This document shows positions 1-8,734 of a DNA stretch of 64,000 nt, one piece after another. The position numbers and the translations under genes were made by a program. Origin of the DNA: a virus; the IMG/VR virus record IMGVR_UViG_3300023180_005138, positions 53,379-117,378 of that record; one strand, written 5' to 3'. Within the stretch, counting starts at the first letter, position 1. Every line of letters begins with the position of its first letter. The notes under the pieces are model-generated. The model saw only the letters and a program-made list of their open reading frames with translations. It ran no database searches and was not told the DNA's origin.

Positions 1-867
1 GATAAAATTAGAGATCGGGCAGCGGAGCTAGGCATTCGTACTGCCCGATTTTCTTATGCAGAGTCTTTAGCTTCTTTATATTCTATTGCAGATGAAATTG
101 GATACCCTTGTGTAATAAAACCAGTAATGAGTTCGAGTGGTAAGGGACAGTCGATAGCAAACTCTGTAGAAGACCTAGCTTCTTCTTGGCAATATGCTGT
201 GGATAATATGAGAGGAGACAGAGAAAAAGTAATCATAGAAGAGTTTATTAAATTTGATTATGAAATCACTCTTCTCACAATTAAACAACAAAATGGTCCT
301 ACTTTATTTTGTCCTCCTATTGGGCACCACCAAGAAAGTGGTGATTATAAACATAGCTGGCAACCTGCTACAGAAGAAACTTTTACAGGACATATTATTG
401 AATCAGATGCTAGACAAATTGCAAAAACTATAACAGACGATTTAGGAGGTTCTGGCATATTTGGAGTAGAGTTTTTTGTAATAACTTCTTCAGATAGACC
501 AGAAGTTATATTTAGTGAATTAAGTCCTCGTCCACACGATACAGGTATGATCACTATGATATCTCAAGAATTATCAGAATTTGATCTACATGTTAGGGCA
601 TTTACTGGACTTCCTATACCAGAAATTAAAGTTAGACCTAATAAAAATAAATGGGCAAGTGCTACTATTAATATTCCATCTGATACTAAATCAGGGTTAG
701 TTTATGATCTAGAAGGTATTGAAGAAGCATTGGAACTGGGATGTGATATTAGAATCTTTGGAAAACCAAGTACAAAACCTAATAGAAGAGTAGGAGTGTT
801 ACTGTCTAATAATTTAGATACAGCACTAGAGGCTCAGAAGTTAGTCAAAATCAAGACGCAAGTGTGA
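1..867 (+). CDS. purT: Formate-dependent phosphoribosylglycinamide formyltransferase PurT (ATP-grasp), 5' end outside the window
   Basis: Frame is open from base 1 (DKIRDRAAELGIRTARF...IGYPCVIKPVMSSSGKGQS). PurT-type motifs: EEFIKFDYEITLLT, GIFGVEFF, SELSPRPHDTGMIT, LSEFDLHVRAF, IRIFGKP. Confidence 0.88.
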   Translation, partial: DKIRDRAAELGIRTARFSYAESLASLYSIADEIGYPCVIKPVMSSSGKGQSIANSVEDLASSWQYAVDNMRGDREKVIIEEFIKFDYEITLLTIKQQNGPTLFCPPIGHHQESGDYKHSWQPATEETFTGHIIESDARQIAKTITDDLGGSGIFGVEFFVITSSDRPEVIFSELSPRPHDTGMITMISQELSEFDLHVRAFTGLPIPEIKVRPNKNKWASATINIPSDTKSGLVYDLEGIEEALELGCDIRIFGKPSTKPNRRVGVLLSNNLDTALEAQKLVKIKTQV

Positions 868-991
868 CGTCTTAGGAAAGTAGCGCACTCCGTGCGCCCG
901 GCTGTGTCTCTCCGAGACAACGTGAATGAACATCTTAGGTCAGCGCTGTCCAACAGCTGTTCACCTGCGGTGGTATTTATTCACTAATTAT
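868..991 (-). ncRNA. Candidate structured small RNA with multiple hairpins
   Basis: GC-rich intergenic stretch. Perfect stems at 883-897, 905-919, 945-957 and 962-972, an enclosing pair 922-927/979-984, and an upstream minus-strand promoter (998-1026). No convincing ORF. Confidence 0.45.
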
Positions 992-997
992 GCACAT

Positions 998-1026
998 AGA
1001 ATAGCATACTTTTTGCCTTTCGGCAA
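998..1026 (-). promoter_or_regulatory. Sigma70-type promoter TTGCCG-N17-(TGc)TATTCT pointing into the 868-991 element
   Basis: -35 at 1026-1021, 17-nt spacer, extended -10 at 1003-998. Confidence 0.55.
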
Positions 1027-1070
1027 GTATATAAAATTAAAATTTTATCGTTGCTCTTTCTGGTGCAACG

Positions 1071-1104
1071 CTGTCATAAAACTGTAACAAAACTGTGATA
1101 TATT
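1071..1104 (+). promoter_or_regulatory. Pho box (PhoB-type 11-bp direct repeats x3) with -10 element
   Basis: CTGTCATAAAA-CTGTAACAAAA-CTGTGATATAT at 1071-1103. TATATT at 1099-1104 lies 10 nt after the first 18-bp box, as in E. coli pho promoters. Confidence 0.75.
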
Positions 1105-1108
1105 TATA

Positions 1109-1555
1109 ATGAAACTAAAACATATTCATGCTCATATGAAATCTGCTTTTAACTATGCAGAGTGTTCCACAGCCGTCCGTCTTCAGGTCGGCTGTGTTAT
1201 TGTAAAAGAAGATCGTATTATTAGCATCGGATACAACGGTATGCCAAGTGGTTGGAACAACTGTTGCGAAGACACTGTATTTTTTCAAGGTGGCAAGCAA
1301 TTAGTAGAGCCTATACTAAAAACAAAACCAGAAGTACTACATGCAGAATCTAATGCTATAGCTAAACTAGCACGATCACCTGAGAGTGGAGAAGGAGCTG
1401 TAGCTTTTATTACCCACGCTCCTTGTTTAGATTGTGCAAAACTTTTGTATCAAGCTGGTATCTGTGAAGTATACTACTCTCATAGCTATAGACTCACAGA
1501 TGGAATAGATTTTTTAAAACAGTGTAAGATTAAAGTTCATCAGGTAGAACTATGA
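1109..1555 (+). CDS. dCMP deaminase
   Basis: VGCVIVKEDRIISIGYNG, zinc motifs HAESNAI and PCLDC. Confidence 0.92.
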   Translation: MKLKHIHAHMKSAFNYAECSTAVRLQVGCVIVKEDRIISIGYNGMPSGWNNCCEDTVFFQGGKQLVEPILKTKPEVLHAESNAIAKLARSPESGEGAVAFITHAPCLDCAKLLYQAGICEVYYSHSYRLTDGIDFLKQCKIKVHQVEL

Positions 1556-1788
1556 AAAGAGTGATGTTTTCTGCTAAATTAAGTGATGAACTTGCAGAAG
1601 AACTCACAGATGCTATAGTAGAGATGCTACAAGAGGAACCTGAGATAGAGATTAAAGATCTATCTCGTAGATTAAAAATAGAGACGATTAATCTTCCCTG
1701 GGGAGTTGATTCTCCCTTTGCCTATATATTTAAAGAAGATCAAAAAACCTGGTGTTGTCTCAAACCTCAATATAGAAAGAGAGACTAA
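1552..1788 (+). CDS. Hypothetical protein (78 aa)
   Basis: ATGA overlap with the upstream gene, 2 nt before the next gene; no recognisable motif. Confidence 0.7.
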   Translation: MKRVMFSAKLSDELAEELTDAIVEMLQEEPEIEIKDLSRRLKIETINLPWGVDSPFAYIFKEDQKTWCCLKPQYRKRD

Positions 1789-1790
1789 AA

Positions 1791-2750
1791 ATGGATGCAG
1801 TAACTATTTGGATGGCGATCGGATTTCTCATGGCCGCATATAGTGTTATAGCAAACGATTCAGTCCAAACGCTTGGAACTTGGATTGCATCAAATAACGA
1901 ACGATTCCACTGGACAGTTTTATGGACCGCCTCTTCGGCGGTTTTGCTTTGGGCGCTATGGTTCGGTTGGTATATCAATGGAGGCGACATTTCATATGGT
2001 CGCCTAACTAAGATACCTTTCCAAGAGGTTCAATGGTATCATGCAGCTGCTCCAGCAATCCTTCTACTTCTAACTCGTGTGGGTGTCCCTGTCTCTACTT
2101 CCTTCCTCGTTCTCTCTGCATTTGCATCAACCTTTGTGTTAGAAAAGATGTTGATGAAATCTATCATGGGATATGCTGTAGCAGCTGTCACTGCCTACGC
2201 ACTTTGGCATATCATTGCTCGATTAATTAATGAAAAGAAGCCTATCGGTGATCACTGGAGTCGCCCATACTGGCGTGTAGCACAGTGGGTAACTACTGGT
2301 CTACTTTGGTGGACTTGGTTATCACATGATATGGCAAACATTGCAGTGTTTCTTCCCAGACAAGTTCCATGGGATTTAATGATTATCATTTCAATCATCT
2401 TTGTCGCAGGACTAGGATGGATGTTTATGGAACGTGGAGGTAAGATTCAAAATATTGTGTTAGAAAAATCTACAACACGATATATTAGATCAGCTACGTT
2501 AATTGATTTAGCGTATTTTGTTATTCTCTACTTCTTCAAAGAACTCAATAATATTCCAATGTCAACCACATGGGTATTCGTTGGTCTACTGACAGGACGA
2601 GAACTAGCAATTGCTTCTGTATATAATACTAAGATGAAACAAATCTTTCCTTTAGTCACTCGTGATTTTATGAAAATGATGATTGGTCTTGGTGCTTCAG
2701 TAGGCATTGTACTATTAATTCATTATGTAATTGTACCTAACGGTTACTAG
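1791..2750 (+). CDS. Pit/PHO4-like inorganic phosphate permease (multi-pass membrane protein)
   Basis: Many hydrophobic helices. Internally repeated signature halves ANDSVQT...GVPVSTS and HDMANIA...IPMSTT resemble the Pit GANDxAN...GxPVSTT repeats. Confidence 0.72.
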   Translation: MDAVTIWMAIGFLMAAYSVIANDSVQTLGTWIASNNERFHWTVLWTASSAVLLWALWFGWYINGGDISYGRLTKIPFQEVQWYHAAAPAILLLLTRVGVPVSTSFLVLSAFASTFVLEKMLMKSIMGYAVAAVTAYALWHIIARLINEKKPIGDHWSRPYWRVAQWVTTGLLWWTWLSHDMANIAVFLPRQVPWDLMIIISIIFVAGLGWMFMERGGKIQNIVLEKSTTRYIRSATLIDLAYFVILYFFKELNNIPMSTTWVFVGLLTGRELAIASVYNTKMKQIFPLVTRDFMKMMIGLGASVGIVLLIHYVIVPNGY

Positions 2751-2770
2751 AATTTAAATTTAAATAGTTC

Positions 2771-2799
2771 TGGACAATTATGGGATAGTGTAGTAAAAT
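2771..2799 (+). promoter_or_regulatory. Sigma70-type promoter TGGACA-N17-TAAAAT upstream of sbcD
   Basis: -35 at 2771-2776, -10 at 2794-2799. Confidence 0.5.
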
Positions 2800-2818
2800 A
2801 CACTATCCTTAAATTTTT
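2783..2818 (+). terminator. Hairpin, probable intrinsic terminator of the purT-permease region
   Basis: GGATAGTGTA-GTAAAA-TACACTATCC (10-bp stem) followed by TTAAATTTTT. Confidence 0.55.
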
Positions 2819-2830
2819 GGAGAAGCTAGA

Positions 2831-3799
2831 TTGAAAATTTTACACAGTGCCGACTGGCATATTAACCTACATAAGAAAAAAGTTCCCGCTAGTTGGAGTG
2901 CGAATCGTTTCAGACTTTTCTTTGAAGAGATTCATAAATTAGAAGAAACACATGATGTTCACTTCTTATCTGGTGATATTTTTGATAGAAAACCTGAACC
3001 AGATGAAATTTGTTTATTTCTTAGATTCGCAAATGCAGTAAAAATTCCAACCTATATTATCCCAGGAAACCATGAAGCTACGAAGAAAGGCGAAACATTC
3101 CTTGAACATTTCCATGAACAACATGCTATTACGAATCCAAACGTGGTTCTTATTACAAAAAATCAACGTGAAACTATACGGGGTCAAAGCGTATATTTCT
3201 ATCCCTATGGAGAAATGCAAAAAGAAAATCTTCTGGATTTTGAGGGAGATGAAATTCTTGTTACTCATATTCGTGGAGAAGTACCGCCCCATATCACGGC
3301 TGAATATGATTTTGAAAAGCTTCGTCCCTGGAAACTCATACTTCTTGGTGACATACATTTTGCTCATCGTTACTTGGATTATCCTGCTTGGTATAGTGGT
3401 TCTCCGATGAATGTAAGTTTTGATAGAGATGACTCTAGAGACTATGGAGTTAACTCTATTGATTTTAGATCTATTGATGATTATGAAGTATCTTTTCTAC
3501 CACTAAAACTTCCAAAGCTAGTAAGAAAGACTCTACAAGTAGGAGAAGAAATGGTTCCTGATAATTTTAATCATGTAATATATGAAGTAACTGGTTCAGT
3601 AGATCAACTTGCTAAAGTACAAAACTCAGAACTACTTGATAAAAAGATTGCTCTAAAGCCAACTGAAAACTCAAAACTAGACTTAAAAAATATGAGTCTT
3701 ATTGAAGAACTTAGAGCATATTTAGAATACACAAAAATTTCAAATACAGAAGAAATTATAAAAGACTTTCAAGACTTAAATATAAATGTTGGAACTTAA
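2831..3799 (+). CDS. sbcD: SbcD/Mre11-like metallophosphoesterase nuclease (T5 D12-like)
   Basis: ADWH, GDIFD, GNHE, THIRG and GDIH motifs; TTG start after GGAGAAG. Confidence 0.9.
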   Translation: MKILHSADWHINLHKKKVPASWSANRFRLFFEEIHKLEETHDVHFLSGDIFDRKPEPDEICLFLRFANAVKIPTYIIPGNHEATKKGETFLEHFHEQHAITNPNVVLITKNQRETIRGQSVYFYPYGEMQKENLLDFEGDEILVTHIRGEVPPHITAEYDFEKLRPWKLILLGDIHFAHRYLDYPAWYSGSPMNVSFDRDDSRDYGVNSIDFRSIDDYEVSFLPLKLPKLVRKTLQVGEEMVPDNFNHVIYEVTGSVDQLAKVQNSELLDKKIALKPTENSKLDLKNMSLIEELRAYLEYTKISNTEEIIKDFQDLNINVGT

Positions 3800-4604
3800 T
3801 AGAGTATATTGGGAATATGATGATAGAAACTGGTGGCGACCAACTCCATACTCTCAAGCAAAAGTAACTTGTCCTAGATATAAAAGATATGGACCTACAA
3901 TAAGACATGATTTATTTACTCTTGTAGAAAAATTTGTAGAAAAGTATCCTAAATATAACTATTATATAGCTATGAGTGGCGGCATTGATTCTGAAATCAC
4001 TGCTGAAACTTTTTTTCAATTAGGTGTACCCTTTGAAGCTGTCAGCTTATCGCTATTCGAAGCACAAAATGCACATGACTTAATATATGTAAAACATTTT
4101 TGTCAACAAAGAAGTATAAACTATAATTTTATAGATTTAGATTTAACTGATTTTGTAAATAATGTAATACCAAAAGCAGTAGAGTTTGGACAGTTTACTA
4201 ATTCTTTGAGTCAAGTTGCCTTAACATATCTTTTTGAATTTATGGATGAAAAAGATATTCTTATTTTTTCTGGACATAACCCTGACTTTTGTTTAAAAGG
4301 TATAGGATGGTGGGAAGACTCACCAAACTTGGTAAAGTATGCAATAAATACTGATAATAATTTTTTTACTTTTACAAGTTTAGAACCTATTTTTATGCAC
4401 TATCTAATAAACTACGACCCAAGGCAGCCTGGAGATAAAGATAATACTTTTATATATAACTGTTATCCTAATCTAAAAAAGAGAACAAAAAGAACTGGAT
4501 GGGAAGTATTAGGGCATATTCAAGATAAATATAAAACACTATTAGACACTCCTGTATTACTAGGAAGTGATACATATGAACAGGTATTTTTAACATGGAA
4601 ATAA
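3786..4604 (+). CDS. PP-loop (adenine nucleotide alpha-hydrolase-like) protein inserted between sbcD and sbcC
   Basis: IAMSGGIDSE motif; overlaps both neighbours. Confidence 0.6.
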   Translation: MLELNRVYWEYDDRNWWRPTPYSQAKVTCPRYKRYGPTIRHDLFTLVEKFVEKYPKYNYYIAMSGGIDSEITAETFFQLGVPFEAVSLSLFEAQNAHDLIYVKHFCQQRSINYNFIDLDLTDFVNNVIPKAVEFGQFTNSLSQVALTYLFEFMDEKDILIFSGHNPDFCLKGIGWWEDSPNLVKYAINTDNNFFTFTSLEPIFMHYLINYDPRQPGDKDNTFIYNCYPNLKKRTKRTGWEVLGHIQDKYKTLLDTPVLLGSDTYEQVFLTWK

Positions 4605-6421
4605 CATTAGAATCATTAAAATTTAATAATATGTTTAGCTATGGAAATGATAATGAATTATCAATAAATAGCAATAAAATTACACAACTTACTGCTCCTA
4701 ATGGAAGCGGTAAATCTACTATTGCATTAATCATACAAGAACTGCTATTTTCTAAAAATATTAAGAATATTAAAAAAGGTGATATTTTAAATAGATACTC
4801 TAATGTAAAAGAATGGAACGGATCTATTGAATTTAAAGTAAATGCTAAATCTTATAAAATAGACGTTAAAAGAGTAGGAGCCTCTTCTAAGGTTGCTCTT
4901 TATGAAAATGGAACGGATATTTCAGATCACAAAGTCCCTGATACCTACAAAAAAATAGCTTCTATTTTAGGAATGGACTTTGAAGTATTTTCTCAATTAA
5001 CATATCAAAGCTCAACAGACTTACTAGACTTTATTAAGGCAACTGATACAAACCGTAAAAAATTCTTAATTAACCTCTTTGGATTAGAAAAATATATAGG
5101 AATAGGAGATGCTCTTAAAGTATCGCTATCTTCCCTAGAAAAAGATCTTGCTGGTAAAAATGGTGAAATGAAAACTGTTAAAGCTTTCTTAGAAGAGACT
5201 CAAATAGGAAGAGCAAAAAACTTAATTGAAGTACCAGAAGTAGATGATAGATTACGTCAAAGTATTGCTAGACTAAAAAACGAACTAGAAGATTACGAAG
5301 ATCAATGTAAAAAGATTGATAGAAATAATTCCTTAATTGAGGATAGAGATTCTTTAAAATTTGATGTGTCATTAAAATCTCCCAAAATAAATGAGACGCT
5401 TTCTGACGAGTTAGAAACCGCAAAAAATGATGTATCAAAGAGAAAAAATCATATCTCTAACGTAAATAAACAACTTAAGGACATAGATACAGCCGATAAA
5501 TGTTATGTGTGCGGACAGCAAATCGACAATACGCATTCAATGCTTATGAAGGCTAATCTTGAAGAAGATTTATTCTCTTCTAAAAAAGAACTAGAAATTG
5601 AAGAACAAAAGTTACAAGAATTACAAAAAACATTAGATGACTATCTTAAACTTGATAAAGAATATAGCAGAAACTTAGCTGCAATTGACAAGTTTGAGAA
5701 TCTAACTCAAATTATTGATTCATCTCTACCTGTAGAATATCCAGACTATACTCAAATAGAAACAGAAGCAAAGAAATTGTCAAAAACTCTTTTTGAACAA
5801 GAAAAAGAAAGAGACTTTGCTATGGAACATAATGAACAAGTTAAGATTCATAATACTAAATTGGAAGCCCTGCAGGAACAAAAACGACAATTTTTAGTTA
5901 GACAACAGCTGTTAAATAATGATATAATTTCTTTAACTTCAAAAATTAAAAATATAACAATTTTAAGAAAAGCATTTAGCACAACAGGTATTGTAGCGTT
6001 CAAACTTGAAAATCTAACAAAAGAACTTGAAGATACTATTAATAGATATTTATCAGAATTATCTGATGGTAAATTTCAAGTAGTTTTCAGACTAGAAGGC
6101 GAAAAACTAAATATTGTTGTAGTTAATGATGGAAAAGAGACTCCTATAGAAACCGTCTCTGGAGGAGAGTTTAGTAGAATACAAACTGCTATTCTTCTTT
6201 CTATAAGAAGCCTACTATCTAAAATAGGCGGAAATTATATCAATTTGCTGTTCTTAGATGAAATAACTGGTGTTTTAGATGATGCCGGTAAGGAAAAACT
6301 TATTGATATTTTACAAGAGGAAGAGAACTTAAATGTGTTTTTGATATCTCATGATTTTACACATCCTCTAATAGAAAAAGTTTCAATATTAAAAGAAAAT
6401 AATGTAAGTCACATAGAATAG
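4595..6421 (+). CDS. sbcC: SbcC/Rad50-like SMC ATPase (T5 D13-like)
   Basis: Walker A APNGSGKST, coiled coils with zinc hook CYVC, signature VSGGE, Walker B LFLDE, H-loop ISHD. Confidence 0.92.
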   Translation: MEITLESLKFNNMFSYGNDNELSINSNKITQLTAPNGSGKSTIALIIQELLFSKNIKNIKKGDILNRYSNVKEWNGSIEFKVNAKSYKIDVKRVGASSKVALYENGTDISDHKVPDTYKKIASILGMDFEVFSQLTYQSSTDLLDFIKATDTNRKKFLINLFGLEKYIGIGDALKVSLSSLEKDLAGKNGEMKTVKAFLEETQIGRAKNLIEVPEVDDRLRQSIARLKNELEDYEDQCKKIDRNNSLIEDRDSLKFDVSLKSPKINETLSDELETAKNDVSKRKNHISNVNKQLKDIDTADKCYVCGQQIDNTHSMLMKANLEEDLFSSKKELEIEEQKLQELQKTLDDYLKLDKEYSRNLAAIDKFENLTQIIDSSLPVEYPDYTQIETEAKKLSKTLFEQEKERDFAMEHNEQVKIHNTKLEALQEQKRQFLVRQQLLNNDIISLTSKIKNITILRKAFSTTGIVAFKLENLTKELEDTINRYLSELSDGKFQVVFRLEGEKLNIVVVNDGKETPIETVSGGEFSRIQTAILLSIRSLLSKIGGNYINLLFLDEITGVLDDAGKEKLIDILQEEENLNVFLISHDFTHPLIEKVSILKENNVSHIE

Positions 6422-6433
6422 GAGAAAAATATA

Positions 6434-8734
6434 GTGTCAAACATAGAGGTAATAAAAAGAGATGGTAATAAAGAGTCTCTTAATCTAGAAAAGTTACATA
6501 AGATGACTTTTGAAGCCTGTGATGGATTAAGTGGAGTTTCTGCGTCACAGATTGAAATGAATTCTGGTATTCAAATTTTTGATGGTATTACAACTAAAGA
6601 TATTCAAGATATTTTAGTTAAAAGTGCTGCTGATCTAATTTCTTTAGACACACCAAACTATCAGTTTGCAGCTGCCAGACTACTTCTTTTTGCGCTTAGA
6701 AAAGAAGTAATGGGTCAGTTTGAATATATTTCTTTATCAGAAATGATTAATAGAAATATTAAGCATGGTGTCTATGATAGTACTATACTAGAGTGGTACT
6801 CTGCAAAAGAGATTGAAAAACTTGATTCTTATGTTAAACATCAACGTGACTTCGACTTTACATATGCTGGACTACGACAAGTAGTAGATAAATATTTAGT
6901 ACAAGATCGTTCTAGCGGTCAGATATATGAAACTCCACAATTTATGTATATTATGATTGCTGCAACTATGTTTGCACAATATCCGAAAGAGACTAGATTA
7001 TCCTATGTTAAAAAATACTATGATGCTATTTCTACATTTAAAATTAATATCCCAACTCCTGTTATGGCAGGCGTTCGCACTCCTATCAGGCAGTTTGCTT
7101 CTTGTGTTCTCGTTGATGCTGATGATACTCTTCAGTCCATATTTAGTTCTGATATGGCTATCGGATACTATACAGCACAAAGAGCTGGAATTGGTATCAA
7201 CTCTGGAAGAATTAGAGCGATCAATTCGAAAATTAGAGACGGAGAAGTACAACATACAGGGGTCATTCCTTTCCTTAAGAAATTTGAAAGTACAGTTCGT
7301 TGTTGTACTCAAAACGGTGTACGCGGAGGCTCTGCGACAGTACATTTTCCTATTTGGCACAGAGAAATCGAAGACATTCTGGTACTAAAAAACAATAAAG
7401 GAACTGAAGATAATCGTGTTCGTAAGTTAGACTACTCTATTCAAATTTCTAAGTTATTTTATGAACGTTTTATTGAGGATAAACAAATCTCTTTATTTTC
7501 TCCTCACGATGTTCCTGGTCTATATGAGGCTTTTGGCACTGATAAGTTTGATGAACTTTATGAAAAATATGAACGCGCTTATTCAATTCCTAAAAAGAAA
7601 GTTAAAGCTCAAGATATATTTATGGCATTATTAAAAGAAAGAGCAGAAACTGGTCGTATCTATATTATGAATCTAGATCATTGTAATTCTCACTCATCTT
7701 TTAAAGACAAAGTATATATGTCTAATCTGTGCCAAGAAATTACGTTACCTACGAAACCGATTCAACACATTGATGATAAGAATGGAGAAATTGCTCTTTG
7801 TATCTTAAGTGCTCTAAACTTAGGTAAAATTAGTAAGCTAGATGAAATGGAAGAACTTGCTGATATAGCAGTTCGTGCGTTAGACGAACTAATAGATTTT
7901 CAAGGATACCCAGTCGATGCTGCAGAAAAGTCTACAAAAGCTAGACGTTCATTAGGTGTAGGATATATCGGAGTAGCACATTACTTAGCTAAGAATAAAG
8001 TAAAATATGATTCTCCAGAAGCTTGGCAGCTTATGCATGATACTACAGAAGCATTTCAATATTACTTAATTAAGGCTTCTGTGAATCTTGCTAAAGAAAA
8101 AGGAGCTTGTGAGTATTTTAATCGTACAAAGTATTATGATGGTATTTTACCTATTGATACATATAAGAAGGAAGTTGACGCTCTTATTCGTGACCCCTCT
8201 TTAAAGTATGATTGGGAAAGATTGAGAGAAGAAATTTGTAGGCATGGAATGAGACACTCTACTCTTACAGCACAAATGCCTTCAGAATCTTCTTCTGTTG
8301 TGTCAAACGCTACTAACGGTATTGAGCCTCCACGAGGATACCTATCTGTTAAGAAATCTAAAAAAGGACCTCTGAAACAGATTGTTCCTGGATACTATCA
8401 TTATAGAAACTATTATACCCTATTATGGGATATGCCAAGTAATGATGGATATATTAACATTGTAGCCGTAATGCAAAAATTCTTTGATCAAGCTATTAGT
8501 GGAAACTGGAGTTATAATCCAGAAAATTATGAAGATAATGAGGTTCCGTTATCTGTAATGGCTAAAGATTTATTAAATACTTATAAACTAGGGTGGAAAA
8601 CTTCTTATTATCAAAATACTTATGATGCTAAGAAAGACGAAGATGAAGAGCCAAAACATAATATTGGCTGGCATGATGAAACAGATTTACCAAAATTAGA
8701 AGACCCAGAAGATTGTGAAAGCTGCACTATATGA
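6434..8734 (+). CDS. nrdA: Ribonucleotide reductase class Ia alpha subunit
   Basis: N-terminal ATP cone (VIKRDG), PTPVMAG, QFASC, catalytic SNLCQEI, C-terminal CESC. Confidence 0.96.
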   Translation: MSNIEVIKRDGNKESLNLEKLHKMTFEACDGLSGVSASQIEMNSGIQIFDGITTKDIQDILVKSAADLISLDTPNYQFAAARLLLFALRKEVMGQFEYISLSEMINRNIKHGVYDSTILEWYSAKEIEKLDSYVKHQRDFDFTYAGLRQVVDKYLVQDRSSGQIYETPQFMYIMIAATMFAQYPKETRLSYVKKYYDAISTFKINIPTPVMAGVRTPIRQFASCVLVDADDTLQSIFSSDMAIGYYTAQRAGIGINSGRIRAINSKIRDGEVQHTGVIPFLKKFESTVRCCTQNGVRGGSATVHFPIWHREIEDILVLKNNKGTEDNRVRKLDYSIQISKLFYERFIEDKQISLFSPHDVPGLYEAFGTDKFDELYEKYERAYSIPKKKVKAQDIFMALLKERAETGRIYIMNLDHCNSHSSFKDKVYMSNLCQEITLPTKPIQHIDDKNGEIALCILSALNLGKISKLDEMEELADIAVRALDELIDFQGYPVDAAEKSTKARRSLGVGYIGVAHYLAKNKVKYDSPEAWQLMHDTTEAFQYYLIKASVNLAKEKGACEYFNRTKYYDGILPIDTYKKEVDALIRDPSLKYDWERLREEICRHGMRHSTLTAQMPSESSSVVSNATNGIEPPRGYLSVKKSKKGPLKQIVPGYYHYRNYYTLLWDMPSNDGYINIVAVMQKFFDQAISGNWSYNPENYEDNEVPLSVMAKDLLNTYKLGWKTSYYQNTYDAKKDEDEEPKHNIGWHDETDLPKLEDPEDCESCTI

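Noticed and set aside
868-991. tRNA or known ribozyme
   Set aside because: No TΨC or D-loop consensus, no CCA end, and no hammerhead or HDV core could be found; kept only as an unclassified RNA candidate. A 53-codon + strand ORF from 927 lacks a ribosome binding site and runs across the Pho box.
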